Virus record (IMG/VR): IMGVR_UViG_3300045919_000631
Coordinates: 1 to 64,000 of that record
Reading direction: 5' to 3' (one strand)
Origin: a virus
Length of the DNA: 64,000 bases
This document shows, one piece after another, positions 18,342 through 25,297 of this stretch. Position 1 is the stretch's first letter. Every line of letters begins with the position of its first letter. Both the position numbers and the translations under genes were made by a program. The notes beneath the pieces were generated by a model. That model did no database searches. It was not told where the DNA came from and saw nothing but the letters and a program-made list of their open reading frames with translations.

Positions 18342-18483
18342 GAAATTTCTTGATGGCAACTAATACAATACACAACCCAGCAAACACTAACCCATACGTG
18401 GACGGCTCTGGCACAACTGGGTGATGTTTTGCATTCCAGTCAGTCATGGCGCTATCTAATGTTTGTGTTGTGGTTGCTGGCAT
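18313..18483 (-). CDS. stand-alone PEP-CTERM microprotein (56 aa, below ORF-track cutoff)
   Basis: MPATTTQTLDSAMTDWNAKHHPV-VPEPSTYGLVFAGLCIVLVAI-KKFRSAGVHGRM: VPEP motif, TM helix, basic tail. Confidence 0.85.
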   Translation of the reverse strand: MPATTTQTLDSAMTDWNAKHHPVVPEPSTYGLVFAGLCIVLVAIKKFRSAGVHGRM

Positions 18484-18487
18484 AAAG

Positions 18488-18563
18488 TGGTGGTAGTAGA
18501 GGAAATCGAATCCCCAACATTCCGCTAATCGGGCGGACGCTCTACCAATTGAGCTATACTACC
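18488..18563 (-). tRNA. tRNA-Ile(GAT)
   Basis: tccgc-ccGATta-gcgga. Confidence 0.9.
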
Positions 18564-18686
18564 AAAAAGTCATTAGATTTCAAAATCCTTAGCCCTCAGA
18601 ACATTTTTTTTTTCTGATTATTTTTCGTTGGCTCAAAATCTCAATACAACTGAACCTTGATCTGTGTAAGTAAGTTTCATTGAATT

Positions 18687-18702
18687 ATTATATTTTTGTT
18701 CC
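18687..18702 (-). promoter_or_regulatory. GGAAC-N5-TATAAT promoter
   Basis: ggaac-aaaaa-tataat. Confidence 0.7.
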
Positions 18703-18707
18703 TAAAT

Positions 18708-18782
18708 TGGTGCGCCGGACAGGGATCGAACCTGCGACATTCTCGTTGGCAACGAGATGCACTACCGCTGTGCTACCGACGC
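18708..18782 (-). tRNA. tRNA-Gly(GCC)
   Basis: tctcg-ttGCCaa-cgaga. Confidence 0.93.
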
Positions 18783-18789
18783 ATTGAAT

Positions 18790-18866
18790 TGGCAGGCCCG
18801 CATGGATTCGAACCATGTCAAAAAGCTTCAAAGGCTTCTGTGCTAAAACCGTTACACCACGGACCC
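18790..18866 (-). tRNA. tRNA-Gln(TTG)
   Basis: gaagc-ctTTGaa-gcttt. Confidence 0.92.
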
Positions 18867-18872
18867 ATAAAA

Positions 18873-18948
18873 TGGATGCCAAGGAGGGACTCGAACCCAC
18901 AACCTAATCCTTCAGAGGGATCCGCGCTACCAATTACGCTACTCGGCA
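18873..18948 (-). tRNA. tRNA-Gln(CTG)
   Basis: gatcc-ctCTGaa-ggatt. Confidence 0.92.
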
Positions 18949-19010
18949 AAAATCAGGTGTATTAGGTTCCTGTAAACTTCACTAATACACTACTCTTTCG
19001 AGTGTGAAGA

Positions 19011-19088
19011 TGGCTCCGGCCCGTGGTAACGATCCACGCTTAACACGGGTAACAACCGTGTGCTTAACGCCATGCCAGCCCGACCGGA
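19011..19088 (-). tRNA. tRNA-Asn(GTT)
   Basis: cacgg-ttGTTac-ccgtg, U1-A72, G73. Confidence 0.87.
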
Positions 19089-19094
19089 ATAAAC

Positions 19095-19430
19095 TTATTT
19101 TAAATCATCAATTCTATCAGCTCTCAATCCTGTATTTGGAATGATTTGAATGGCTCTATCATCCCAAATCTGAACCGCTGTGTAATCTTTTTGATTGGTG
19201 ATCTCCATATCAATTCCGTGCTTTATTAGCCAGGTTTTAATTGCTGGAATCGCATCTGGATTGGATGCTCTTGCTGTAAAAAGCTTTACTGTTTGTCCTG
19301 ATGTAAGCCATCGACGAACCCGTAGGAGCATTAAAGGTACAGGCTCGCCGATATGTTCATGGCCCTTATACCCATCGTACTGAGCAAGTGTGCCGTCTAG
19401 ATCAACTAAAATTACACCAGAATTGTTCAT
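19095..19430 (-). CDS. HAD-family phosphatase (Pnkp 3'-phosphatase-like)
   Basis: DLDGTLA, FTAR, IWDDRA. Confidence 0.8.
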   Translation of the reverse strand: MNNSGVILVDLDGTLAQYDGYKGHEHIGEPVPLMLLRVRRWLTSGQTVKLFTARASNPDAIPAIKTWLIKHGIDMEITNQKDYTAVQIWDDRAIQIIPNTGLRADRIDDLK

Positions 19431-19435
19431 TTCAA

Positions 19436-19451
19436 ATTATAATAATGTTCC
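19436..19451 (-). promoter_or_regulatory. GGAAC-N5-TATAAT promoter
   Basis: ggaac-attat-tataat, ATG 5 nt downstream. Confidence 0.7.
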
Positions 19452-19528
19452 AGTCACTGGGTTTGCTTTGCAAACTTTGTTTCGTTTATGACTACAGAAA
19501 TAAGTGAGCTGGAACAATAAATACTTAT

Positions 19529-20158
19529 ATGACTACAGAATTTCTACCAGAGTGTATCTCTGCTTTTAAAGCTTCACGAAAATGTGGAATTTATAAATTA
19601 ATAAGTCCTAACGAATATTACTATATTGGATCGTCTAATAATATTAGGCTACGGTGTTTAAATCACCTGCATAGGCTTAAAAATAATACCCACCCTAACC
19701 CACGCGTACAAAATAAATTTAATGCACATCCAAGTGATTGGAAGGTTTTAATTTTGGAGGAATGTGTTGAAGACTGTATTCTTACAATTGAACAAAAATA
19801 TTTAGATAAAAATTATGGGTTAGAACTTTGTATGAATAATAATCCAATTGCTGGCAAACCTCCGACCAATACAACAGGTATCGGACGCTTTCTAGGCGGT
19901 AAACACGCTCCAGAAGCTAGAGCTAAAATATCAGCAGCAAATATAGCTCGATCAACACCAGAATATAGAAAACGTATGTCTGATATCACAAAATTAAATG
20001 GTAATAAACCACCCAGCCACCCGATTGGGTATATAGTACCTTTAAGTGTGCGCGATAAAATCAGTAATACCCTAAAAGGTCATACAGTTTCTATAGAAAC
20101 GAGAACAAAAATAAGTAATACTTTGAGAAAAAGAAAAGACTTTAAACTACTCATTTAA
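19529..20158 (+). CDS. GIY-YIG homing endonuclease with NUMOD3-like repeats
   Basis: GIYKL...YYIGSS...R...H...EQ; KHAPEARAKIS, HTVSIETRTKIS. Confidence 0.9.
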   Translation: MTTEFLPECISAFKASRKCGIYKLISPNEYYYIGSSNNIRLRCLNHLHRLKNNTHPNPRVQNKFNAHPSDWKVLILEECVEDCILTIEQKYLDKNYGLELCMNNNPIAGKPPTNTTGIGRFLGGKHAPEARAKISAANIARSTPEYRKRMSDITKLNGNKPPSHPIGYIVPLSVRDKISNTLKGHTVSIETRTKISNTLRKRKDFKLLI

Positions 20159-20659
20159 AAATTTCTCCATTTTATTTAAAATTTCATGCGCTACATCTTC
20201 GCGTAGTAGCTGATTCATATAGCCCATGAAAGGTCTAACGTTTATAACCTTGAGCGGCCCAATATCAGAAAGAAATGCTTTCTTTGATTCAAGTGGTAAA
20301 TTAAAACCGTTATCAGGCAAATCATCAACGAGAACAGAACGACCAACTGGAAAATTAAGCTTCTCAACGTGACTGTTTTGAGTATCTTCTCGAGCATAGA
20401 TATTACCCCGGTCAAAGCCAAGATCAAAAGTGTCTACCATCATATGCGCATACTCTCTACATGCTGCTGTGAGCATATAAACATCGCTGTATCTCTCTCT
20501 AACAAGCTTTAGAAATTCTTTTGCACCAGGACGCAGAGTCGTATAATACTTTGATCCATCAGGAAATACAATTCGGGTTGCTCCACCTGGCAAATTGCCA
20601 TAAGCATATTGCGAGTGAATGAGCGTTTCATCGAGATCAATAAAAATATATTTGTTCAT
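20147..20659 (-). CDS. HAD-family NIF/FCP1-like phosphatase
   Basis: IDLDETLIHS, LRPGAKEFL, VLVDD. Confidence 0.82.
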   Translation of the reverse strand: MNKYIFIDLDETLIHSQYAYGNLPGGATRIVFPDGSKYYTTLRPGAKEFLKLVRERYSDVYMLTAACREYAHMMVDTFDLGFDRGNIYAREDTQNSHVEKLNFPVGRSVLVDDLPDNGFNLPLESKKAFLSDIGPLKVINVRPFMGYMNQLLREDVAHEILNKMEKFLNE

Positions 20660-20904
20660 TGTAATTCTTCTTTTGTTAAAGCCCAGCGTGTGCCTGTAAA
20701 TCTAGAGGCTATTACTTTTTTGTTTCTTAACTTTTTCCAATACCTCACCATTGCATCATCAGAGTCCCACAAAAACGATCCAAAGGGTTTTGATTGTATC
20801 CCATCTTTATTCTCTGGGCCAGTGGTCTTAAAAAAGAGTAAATTAGTCTTAATGAATTCAGGACCCTCTTCTATCGCATCAACACCAGCTAAAAAATTGT
20901 TCAT
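20656..20904 (-). CDS. hypothetical protein (FLxGxDAIE N-terminal family)
   Basis: MNNFLAGVDAIEE. Confidence 0.65.
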   Translation of the reverse strand: MNNFLAGVDAIEEGPEFIKTNLLFFKTTGPENKDGIQSKPFGSFLWDSDDAMVRYWKKLRNKKVIASRFTGTRWALTKEELQ

Positions 20905-21872
20905 AAAAATACTTCTTTAAATTTCTGCATGACGTTCTTTGGGGAGAATCTCTCTGTATACATATCACACTCAAAGGCGTTAACTTTAGCTTTATTAATC
21001 TTAATCATTTTCTCGTACAAATCTTCCAAGCCACTATACAATATGGCTTTAGTGCCAAGAATATCTAAATGAGCTCTATCATATTGATGAACCATTTGAT
21101 TATCCCACCAGCCGTCCCAAGTAAAGATTGCTTTGCCCATTGCACTAAATTCAGCAACAGCAAGACCAAAAGTCTCGCCATCAGCTCTTGCATGAATCAT
21201 TGCATCTGCGGTGTTAATAAATTTACGTTTATACGTTCCATCAACATCAGCATTAAAAGGTAAAAATTTAACGCGTGAGTGGTCAATAAAAGGCGTTGTG
21301 TTCATAAACACGAAATACAAATCAGGCCGTCTATCTAAAGCAGCTAAAATTGCAGCATGGACAAATGGTAGGTTAAATTGATCCTTACCACCTAGTCGCC
21401 CAAACACAAATGCATCCTTAGGAATGCTTAGCTCGTCACGCAAATCCGTATCAATGCGAGGCATATCAACTATATGCGGAACCCACAGCGGTTGGCTGTA
21501 TTTTTTCGCAATATATTCTGATACACCTGCATAGACATCACCATAGGGCTCAGTCATGACAAAAACGCAATGAATGCCAACTTTACAGTTATTTGGAATC
21601 CAATCTCTTGTACCCCAACGAGCCATAACGATGACATCTATTTTCTCTTTGTCGATGATCTTCGGTAAATCATTTTGCATGTCGTCGTAAAGAATACAAC
21701 GAACATTTGCTTTCTCAAATTTTTCAATGGGCATAGTGCCATTGCCAATGTTGCCTTTACCGCTAATGGCAAATGCATCCAATCCTAAAACTGATTGCAA
21801 ACCTTTTGCGTAATCTAACGCAACAACGCCAGTGCCGCGCTCTAATGTATTAACGTGAAAAGCAACTTTCAT
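20901..21872 (-). CDS. GT-B glycosyltransferase (GT4-like)
   Basis: ERGTGV, DAMIHARADGETFGLAVAEF. Confidence 0.85.
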   Translation of the reverse strand: MKVAFHVNTLERGTGVVALDYAKGLQSVLGLDAFAISGKGNIGNGTMPIEKFEKANVRCILYDDMQNDLPKIIDKEKIDVIVMARWGTRDWIPNNCKVGIHCVFVMTEPYGDVYAGVSEYIAKKYSQPLWVPHIVDMPRIDTDLRDELSIPKDAFVFGRLGGKDQFNLPFVHAAILAALDRRPDLYFVFMNTTPFIDHSRVKFLPFNADVDGTYKRKFINTADAMIHARADGETFGLAVAEFSAMGKAIFTWDGWWDNQMVHQYDRAHLDILGTKAILYSGLEDLYEKMIKINKAKVNAFECDMYTERFSPKNVMQKFKEVFL

Positions 21873-22081
21873 AAATTTAGAATGTATCCAAGCCCATCAC
21901 AGCTTTCACATGGACCAGATCCATAATTTTCGCCCCAATCTGGATGAGGACACGGCAATACTGCTACTCCTTGTTCATCCCAATATTCTCTGCCAGATCT
22001 GTCACATGCTGGGCATTTTCTATACGTCTGTTTGCCAGTGATTATGTTTCTAAGAGTCTCTGTCTCTATTTCGATAAACAT
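21869..22081 (-). CDS. small DnaJ-type Zn-finger-like protein
   Basis: CPACDRSG...CESCDGLG. Confidence 0.7.
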   Translation of the reverse strand: MFIEIETETLRNIITGKQTYRKCPACDRSGREYWDEQGVAVLPCPHPDWGENYGSGPCESCDGLGYILNL

Positions 22082-22086
22082 TCAGT

Positions 22087-22102
22087 ATTTTATGAATGTT
22101 CC
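22087..22102 (-). promoter_or_regulatory. GGAAC-N5-TAAAAT promoter
   Basis: ttgaca...ggaac-attca-taaaat, ATG 5 nt downstream. Confidence 0.75.
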
Positions 22103-22120
22103 TAGTAATGTCAAGAAAAA

Positions 22121-22196
22121 TGGAGCCCAAGATCAGGATTGAACTGATGACATCTGCGCTACAAGGGCAGCACTCTACCAACTGAGTTACATGGGC
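22121..22196 (-). tRNA. tRNA-Thr(TGT)
   Basis: ctTGTag loop, CCA. Confidence 0.88.
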
Positions 22197-22211
22197 ATGC
22201 TAACAAAAAAA

Positions 22212-22288
22212 TGGTCAGTATGAGATGAATTGAACATCCAACCTCTTGAACCCAAATCAAGCGCTCTACCAAGTTGAGCTACATACTG
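22212..22288 (-). tRNA. tRNA-Pro(TGG)
   Basis: cttga-ttTGGgt-tcaag, C1-G72. Confidence 0.92.
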
Positions 22289-22382
22289 AAAAAGTTATTT
22301 ATGAGCCGGGCAATTGCATGCCTATGCATCTCCATATAGGGACTTTAACCCATGGGACTAACTCACGCCATATCTGGCAAAT

Positions 22383-22460
22383 TGGTGGAGAATAGGGGCA
22401 TCAAACCCCTCTGTATCATGATTGCAAATCAAGCGTCCACATCAAGCAGACCCATTCCCC
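22383..22460 (-). tRNA. tRNA-Ala(TGC)
   Basis: ttTGCaa loop, G3:U70. Confidence 0.88.
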
Positions 22461-22795
22461 AAATCTAAAATTATTTGATCAACGTTGCCTATCAGCAACT
22501 TGATGTTATTTTCTCTTACCACTGCTTCAAGTTTTTCTTGATCAAGCTTTAATTTATACTCATTTTTAGGATCAAGATAAATATCTCTATCAGGTAAATA
22601 GAAATCTGGATAATATCTTCGTTTCCTACCGTTGCTGTCAGTCCAATAAAATTTTATTTCACGTGATCGCTCCCATCTAATATTTTTCTCATCTAAAAAT
22701 TCTGCTAACTTTACTTCCCAACTTGAGTCCATCCAAATATCTCTATATTTGTATTTATGGTAATTTGTTTCTCCACCGCAATTTGGATTCGCTGT
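22442..22795 (-). pseudogene. N-terminally truncated PD-(D/E)xK (TnsA-like) homing endonuclease
   Basis: DSSWE...RRYYPDFYLP..IYLDPK; the frame continues upstream (ANPNCGGETNYHKYKYRDIW) to an in-frame stop with no start. Confidence 0.6.
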
Positions 22796-22830
22796 AATTT
22801 ATGGTGGACTGACAAAGAATCAAACCATAT

Positions 22831-23043
22831 TTATCGATTTACTGTCCAAATATCATCTAAATCGTTTTGCTCATCTTCCTCGGATGGCTCCATACCAAAA
22901 GTATCATATGCTGAATCTTCTGGATTCCATACTTGCTCACCAGAAAACAAATGCTCTCCTTTGGCATTCTTTCCAACTGACTTGGAGCCTTTTAAAATTC
23001 TGTATCCAAGAGCGCTCCACTCTTTGAATGTTTTCGTTGTCAT
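22831..23043 (-). CDS. hypothetical protein
   Basis: KTFKEWSALGYRILKGSKS resembles ArdC-like ssDNA-binding motif. Confidence 0.6.
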   Translation of the reverse strand: MTTKTFKEWSALGYRILKGSKSVGKNAKGEHLFSGEQVWNPEDSAYDTFGMEPSEEDEQNDLDDIWTVNR

Positions 23044-23335
23044 AAAATGTTTGGAGCCCTAGGGTGCAAAATGCATCCCGAACTCCGCCTTCGCATAATC
23101 GCTACCTCGAGTACTTAACGCGACTTTCGGTTCAGCTTTTTTGGGTTTAGGTTGAGAGTAGAGCACAACACGAACGTACCGAGCTCCGATAGTCCGATCA
23201 CTGATGCTTTGTGAGTGATACAAACCTAAAATTGGTATATGTCATACAGATCCGGCCATATACAACCGCCTGCGACGTTCGTCGTTCGCACCCCCCTGTG
23301 TTTTTATTTCAATTGCCTTTCAGGTCTTGCAAAAT

Positions 23336-23412
23336 TGGTGCCCCCGCTCGGACTTGAACCGAGAACCTGACGCTTAAAAGGCGCCAGCTCTGACCAATTG
23401 AGCTACAAGGGC
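23336..23412 (-). tRNA. tRNA-Lys(TTT)
   Basis: ggcgc-ctTTTaa-gcgtc. Confidence 0.93.
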
Positions 23413-23464
23413 GAAAATGGTGGACCTACTGAGTGTTATGACTTATTCTTTTCGGCCCGTAAAA

Positions 23465-23872
23465 TGGTGTAGGCGGCCGGATTTGAACCGGCGTGTATGC
23501 TGCCTTGTCAACCAGTTTCTACAAGTTTAGATTTATAAAATTCATAACGAGCAGCATAAATCAAACTGCATCGCAATTACTCTAACATTCTAACTTTCTA
23601 CTAGAACTGCGGATAAGGTTAGCCAACTCCGCAGTGCCATCTCACTGTTACGATTTGGTAGATAGTGAGAATCTTTACCAACTCGTTCACCTTTAATTAG
23701 GCGAATGAGAGCTCTCCGGACGGGATGGTGACTAGGTCACGAACCTTCGCGAAGAAACTCTTAACTGAATTTACAATGTTGTTTATTGTTTGAAGCGATA
23801 TTAAAGAGCATTGCATCATTGCTCTACTTGCTACTGGACTTTCCGGCATCATATAGAATCCAGAACGCCCAC
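23465..23872 (-). ncRNA. ssrA: tmRNA
   Basis: 5' gtgggcgttctggattc, 3' gccggttcaaatccggccgcctacacca, G3:U70; internal tag frame 23780-23697 ending ELSFA*. Confidence 0.9.
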
Positions 23873-23891
23873 AAATTCAAAGAACATCCAA

Positions 23892-23907
23892 ATTATACTG
23901 AAGTTCC
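23892..23907 (-). promoter_or_regulatory. GGAAC-N5-TATAAT promoter for tmRNA
   Basis: ggaac-ttcag-tataat, ~20 nt before the tmRNA 5' end. Confidence 0.75.
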
Positions 23908-23918
23908 AAAAGAAAAAT

Positions 23919-24014
23919 TGGTGGTCCTATATTTCGTTTCCATTTGAACTACTCCCCAAATTTTACAATTGATATTATTTGGCTTTCATTCTGAGTCTAC
24001 CGCAGCCTAGGACC
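23919..24014 (-). ncRNA. CCA-ended tRNA-like element without canonical T/anticodon arms
   Basis: 7-bp ggtccta/taggacc plus ACCA. Confidence 0.55.
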
Positions 24015-24027
24015 TATGGTGGCAAAA

Positions 24028-24103
24028 TGGTGGGTGCACCGGGACTCTAACCCAGAACCAACTCCTTAAGAGGGAGCGACTCTAACAATTGAGCTATACA
24101 CCC
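24028..24103 (-). tRNA. tRNA-Lys(CTT)
   Basis: gctcc-ctCTTaa-ggagt. Confidence 0.9.
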
Positions 24104-24113
24104 AGAAAATTAA

Positions 24114-24326
24114 TTGAGTATTGCCGGGCTTGATTCCGGCTCAATGTGTTCTCACACGACTGCACCATCTCAGTTTACTGCAATCAGGGCTGCGTTACTT
24201 CTGAGCGCGACTTCAGACATTCCGCTGCGGCCGGTCGCTGGTTTCCGTGTTTATCACCAGTGCAGATTTTATTCCAGATCTCAACCCATACCCCTGTTGC
24301 GTGGGTCCATCCCCACCGATACTCAA
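24114..24326 (-). ncRNA. ~210-nt unclassified structured RNA
   Basis: terminal stem ttgagtat/atactcaa, D-like and T-like hairpins at each end, GC-rich. Confidence 0.65.
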
Positions 24327-24330
24327 AAAA

Positions 24331-24408
24331 TGGCGTCCCTGAAGGGATTTTAACCCTTGTTGATGCATTGAGAATGCAGTTTCCTAAGACAGACTAGAAG
24401 ACAGGGAC
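24331..24408 (-). tRNA. tRNA-Glu(CTC)
   Basis: tgca-ttCTCaa-tgca, G73. Confidence 0.85.
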
Positions 24409-24741
24409 GTTCTGTTGCAAAGCTTCATCGATCTTTGCTTGAAACTCTGGGCTCTCATATCTATTAATAAGAGCTGCAAAGTATCTATAAAGGCTTGTAT
24501 GTGTTGGACGCGAGCGAATCGTATCAACAATTCCTCGATAAGCGGCAACAGACATTCGCGCTTTGAAGCGCTGTTCATTTACGAAGTTGATAGAGACCTC
24601 TTTTGCTTTTTCGATATCATCATCGTAATTATTTTTAATGATACCAAACAATGTTCGGAAAATGGAAGGGTGTGCAACATTCTCTTTCCCCGTTGCTTGA
24701 CCTTTCCATGATTGGAATTGCTTACCAAGGTTATGAATCAT
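24394..24741 (-). CDS. hypothetical protein
   Basis: 115-aa ORF behind GGAAC promoter. Confidence 0.65.
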   Translation of the reverse strand: MIHNLGKQFQSWKGQATGKENVAHPSIFRTLFGIIKNNYDDDIEKAKEVSINFVNEQRFKARMSVAAYRGIVDTIRSRPTHTSLYRYFAALINRYESPEFQAKIDEALQQNVPVF

Positions 24742-24749
24742 GCAACATA

Positions 24750-24765
24750 ATTATATCACTGTTCC
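24750..24765 (-). promoter_or_regulatory. GGAAC-N5-TATAAT promoter
   Basis: ggaac-agtga-tataat. Confidence 0.75.
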
Positions 24766-24782
24766 GTGTGAGAACTTTAAAA

Positions 24783-24857
24783 TGGTAGCCCCACCGGGAT
24801 TCGAACCCGGATAATCGCAGTGAAAGTGCGGTAAACTAACCGTTATTCTATGAGGCC
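24783..24857 (-). tRNA. tRNA-Glu(TTC)
   Basis: cgca-ctTTCac-tgcg. Confidence 0.92.
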
Positions 24858-24939
24858 GTAAATTGGTATCACGTTCAGGTGTTATTTTAACGCGATGGAA
24901 GTATCCTAACTGGTCCTGTTGCTACTGCAGTAGCGAGAT

Positions 24940-25014
24940 TGGAGGCAGGGACGGCGTTTAAATCCGTTGCTGAAGGTTATGAGCCTACTGAGTTATCACA
25001 TACTCTACCCTGCG
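24940..25014 (-). tRNA. tRNA-Met(CAT), initiator-like, divergent
   Basis: ctCATaa loop, C1 mismatch, cgcaggg 5' end, atypical T-loop. Confidence 0.72.
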
Positions 25015-25022
25015 TCAAAAAA

Positions 25023-25099
25023 TGGTACCAGGTGAGGAACTCGAATCCCCAACATCTTGAATGTAAATCAAGTGCTCTAACCAATTGAGCTAACCCGGC
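25023..25099 (-). tRNA. tRNA-Val(TAC)
   Basis: cttga-ttTACat-tcaag. Confidence 0.92.
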
Positions 25100-25104
25100 A
25101 TAAC

Positions 25105-25226
25105 AAAGTACTTTTTATTAGATCGGGGTTTAAAGCCGATTTGCCTTAACCATTAGGCTATCTTGGCATGGAGCCAGGAGTTGGATTTGAACCAACGTGT
25201 CTTTTAGACATTGCTGTGAGTACTTT
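25105..25226 (-). ncRNA. circularly permuted tRNA-like RNA (Y RNA/YrlA-like topology)
   Basis: order V-arm, T-arm, acceptor 3', loop, acceptor 5', D-arm, anticodon-like arm, closed by aaagtact/agtacttt. Confidence 0.75.
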
Positions 25227-25230
25227 TAAC

Positions 25231-25291
25231 TAAGCGCATTTATTTTCGAGATAATAGTTCGAATTTTATTTTGGATTGCTGTGTGCGCTTA
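25231..25291 (-). ncRNA. short CACAGCAA-motif hairpin RNA
   Basis: taagcgca/tgcgctta stem followed by cacagcaat, as in the neighbouring element. Confidence 0.55.
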
Positions 25292-25297
25292 AAGATG

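Noticed and set aside
18569-18680. Short ORF behind the GGAAC promoter with an A10 tract
   Set aside because: Stops after 15 codons; cannot distinguish pseudogene, phase variation or sequencing error.
16093-18965. ORF-track ORFs overlapping tRNAs (e.g. 16399..16581, 17208..17474, 18688..18900)
   Set aside because: Translations of tRNA sequence. The 3' part of 18123..18359 may be a real short membrane ORF with a later start.
19446-19516. Hammerhead ribozyme (ctg...cgaaac)
   Set aside because: The CUGAnGA core and required stems are absent.
24114-24326. RNase P, SRP or 6S RNA identity
   Set aside because: RNase P P4 consensus, SRP domain IV and the 6S central bubble are not evident.
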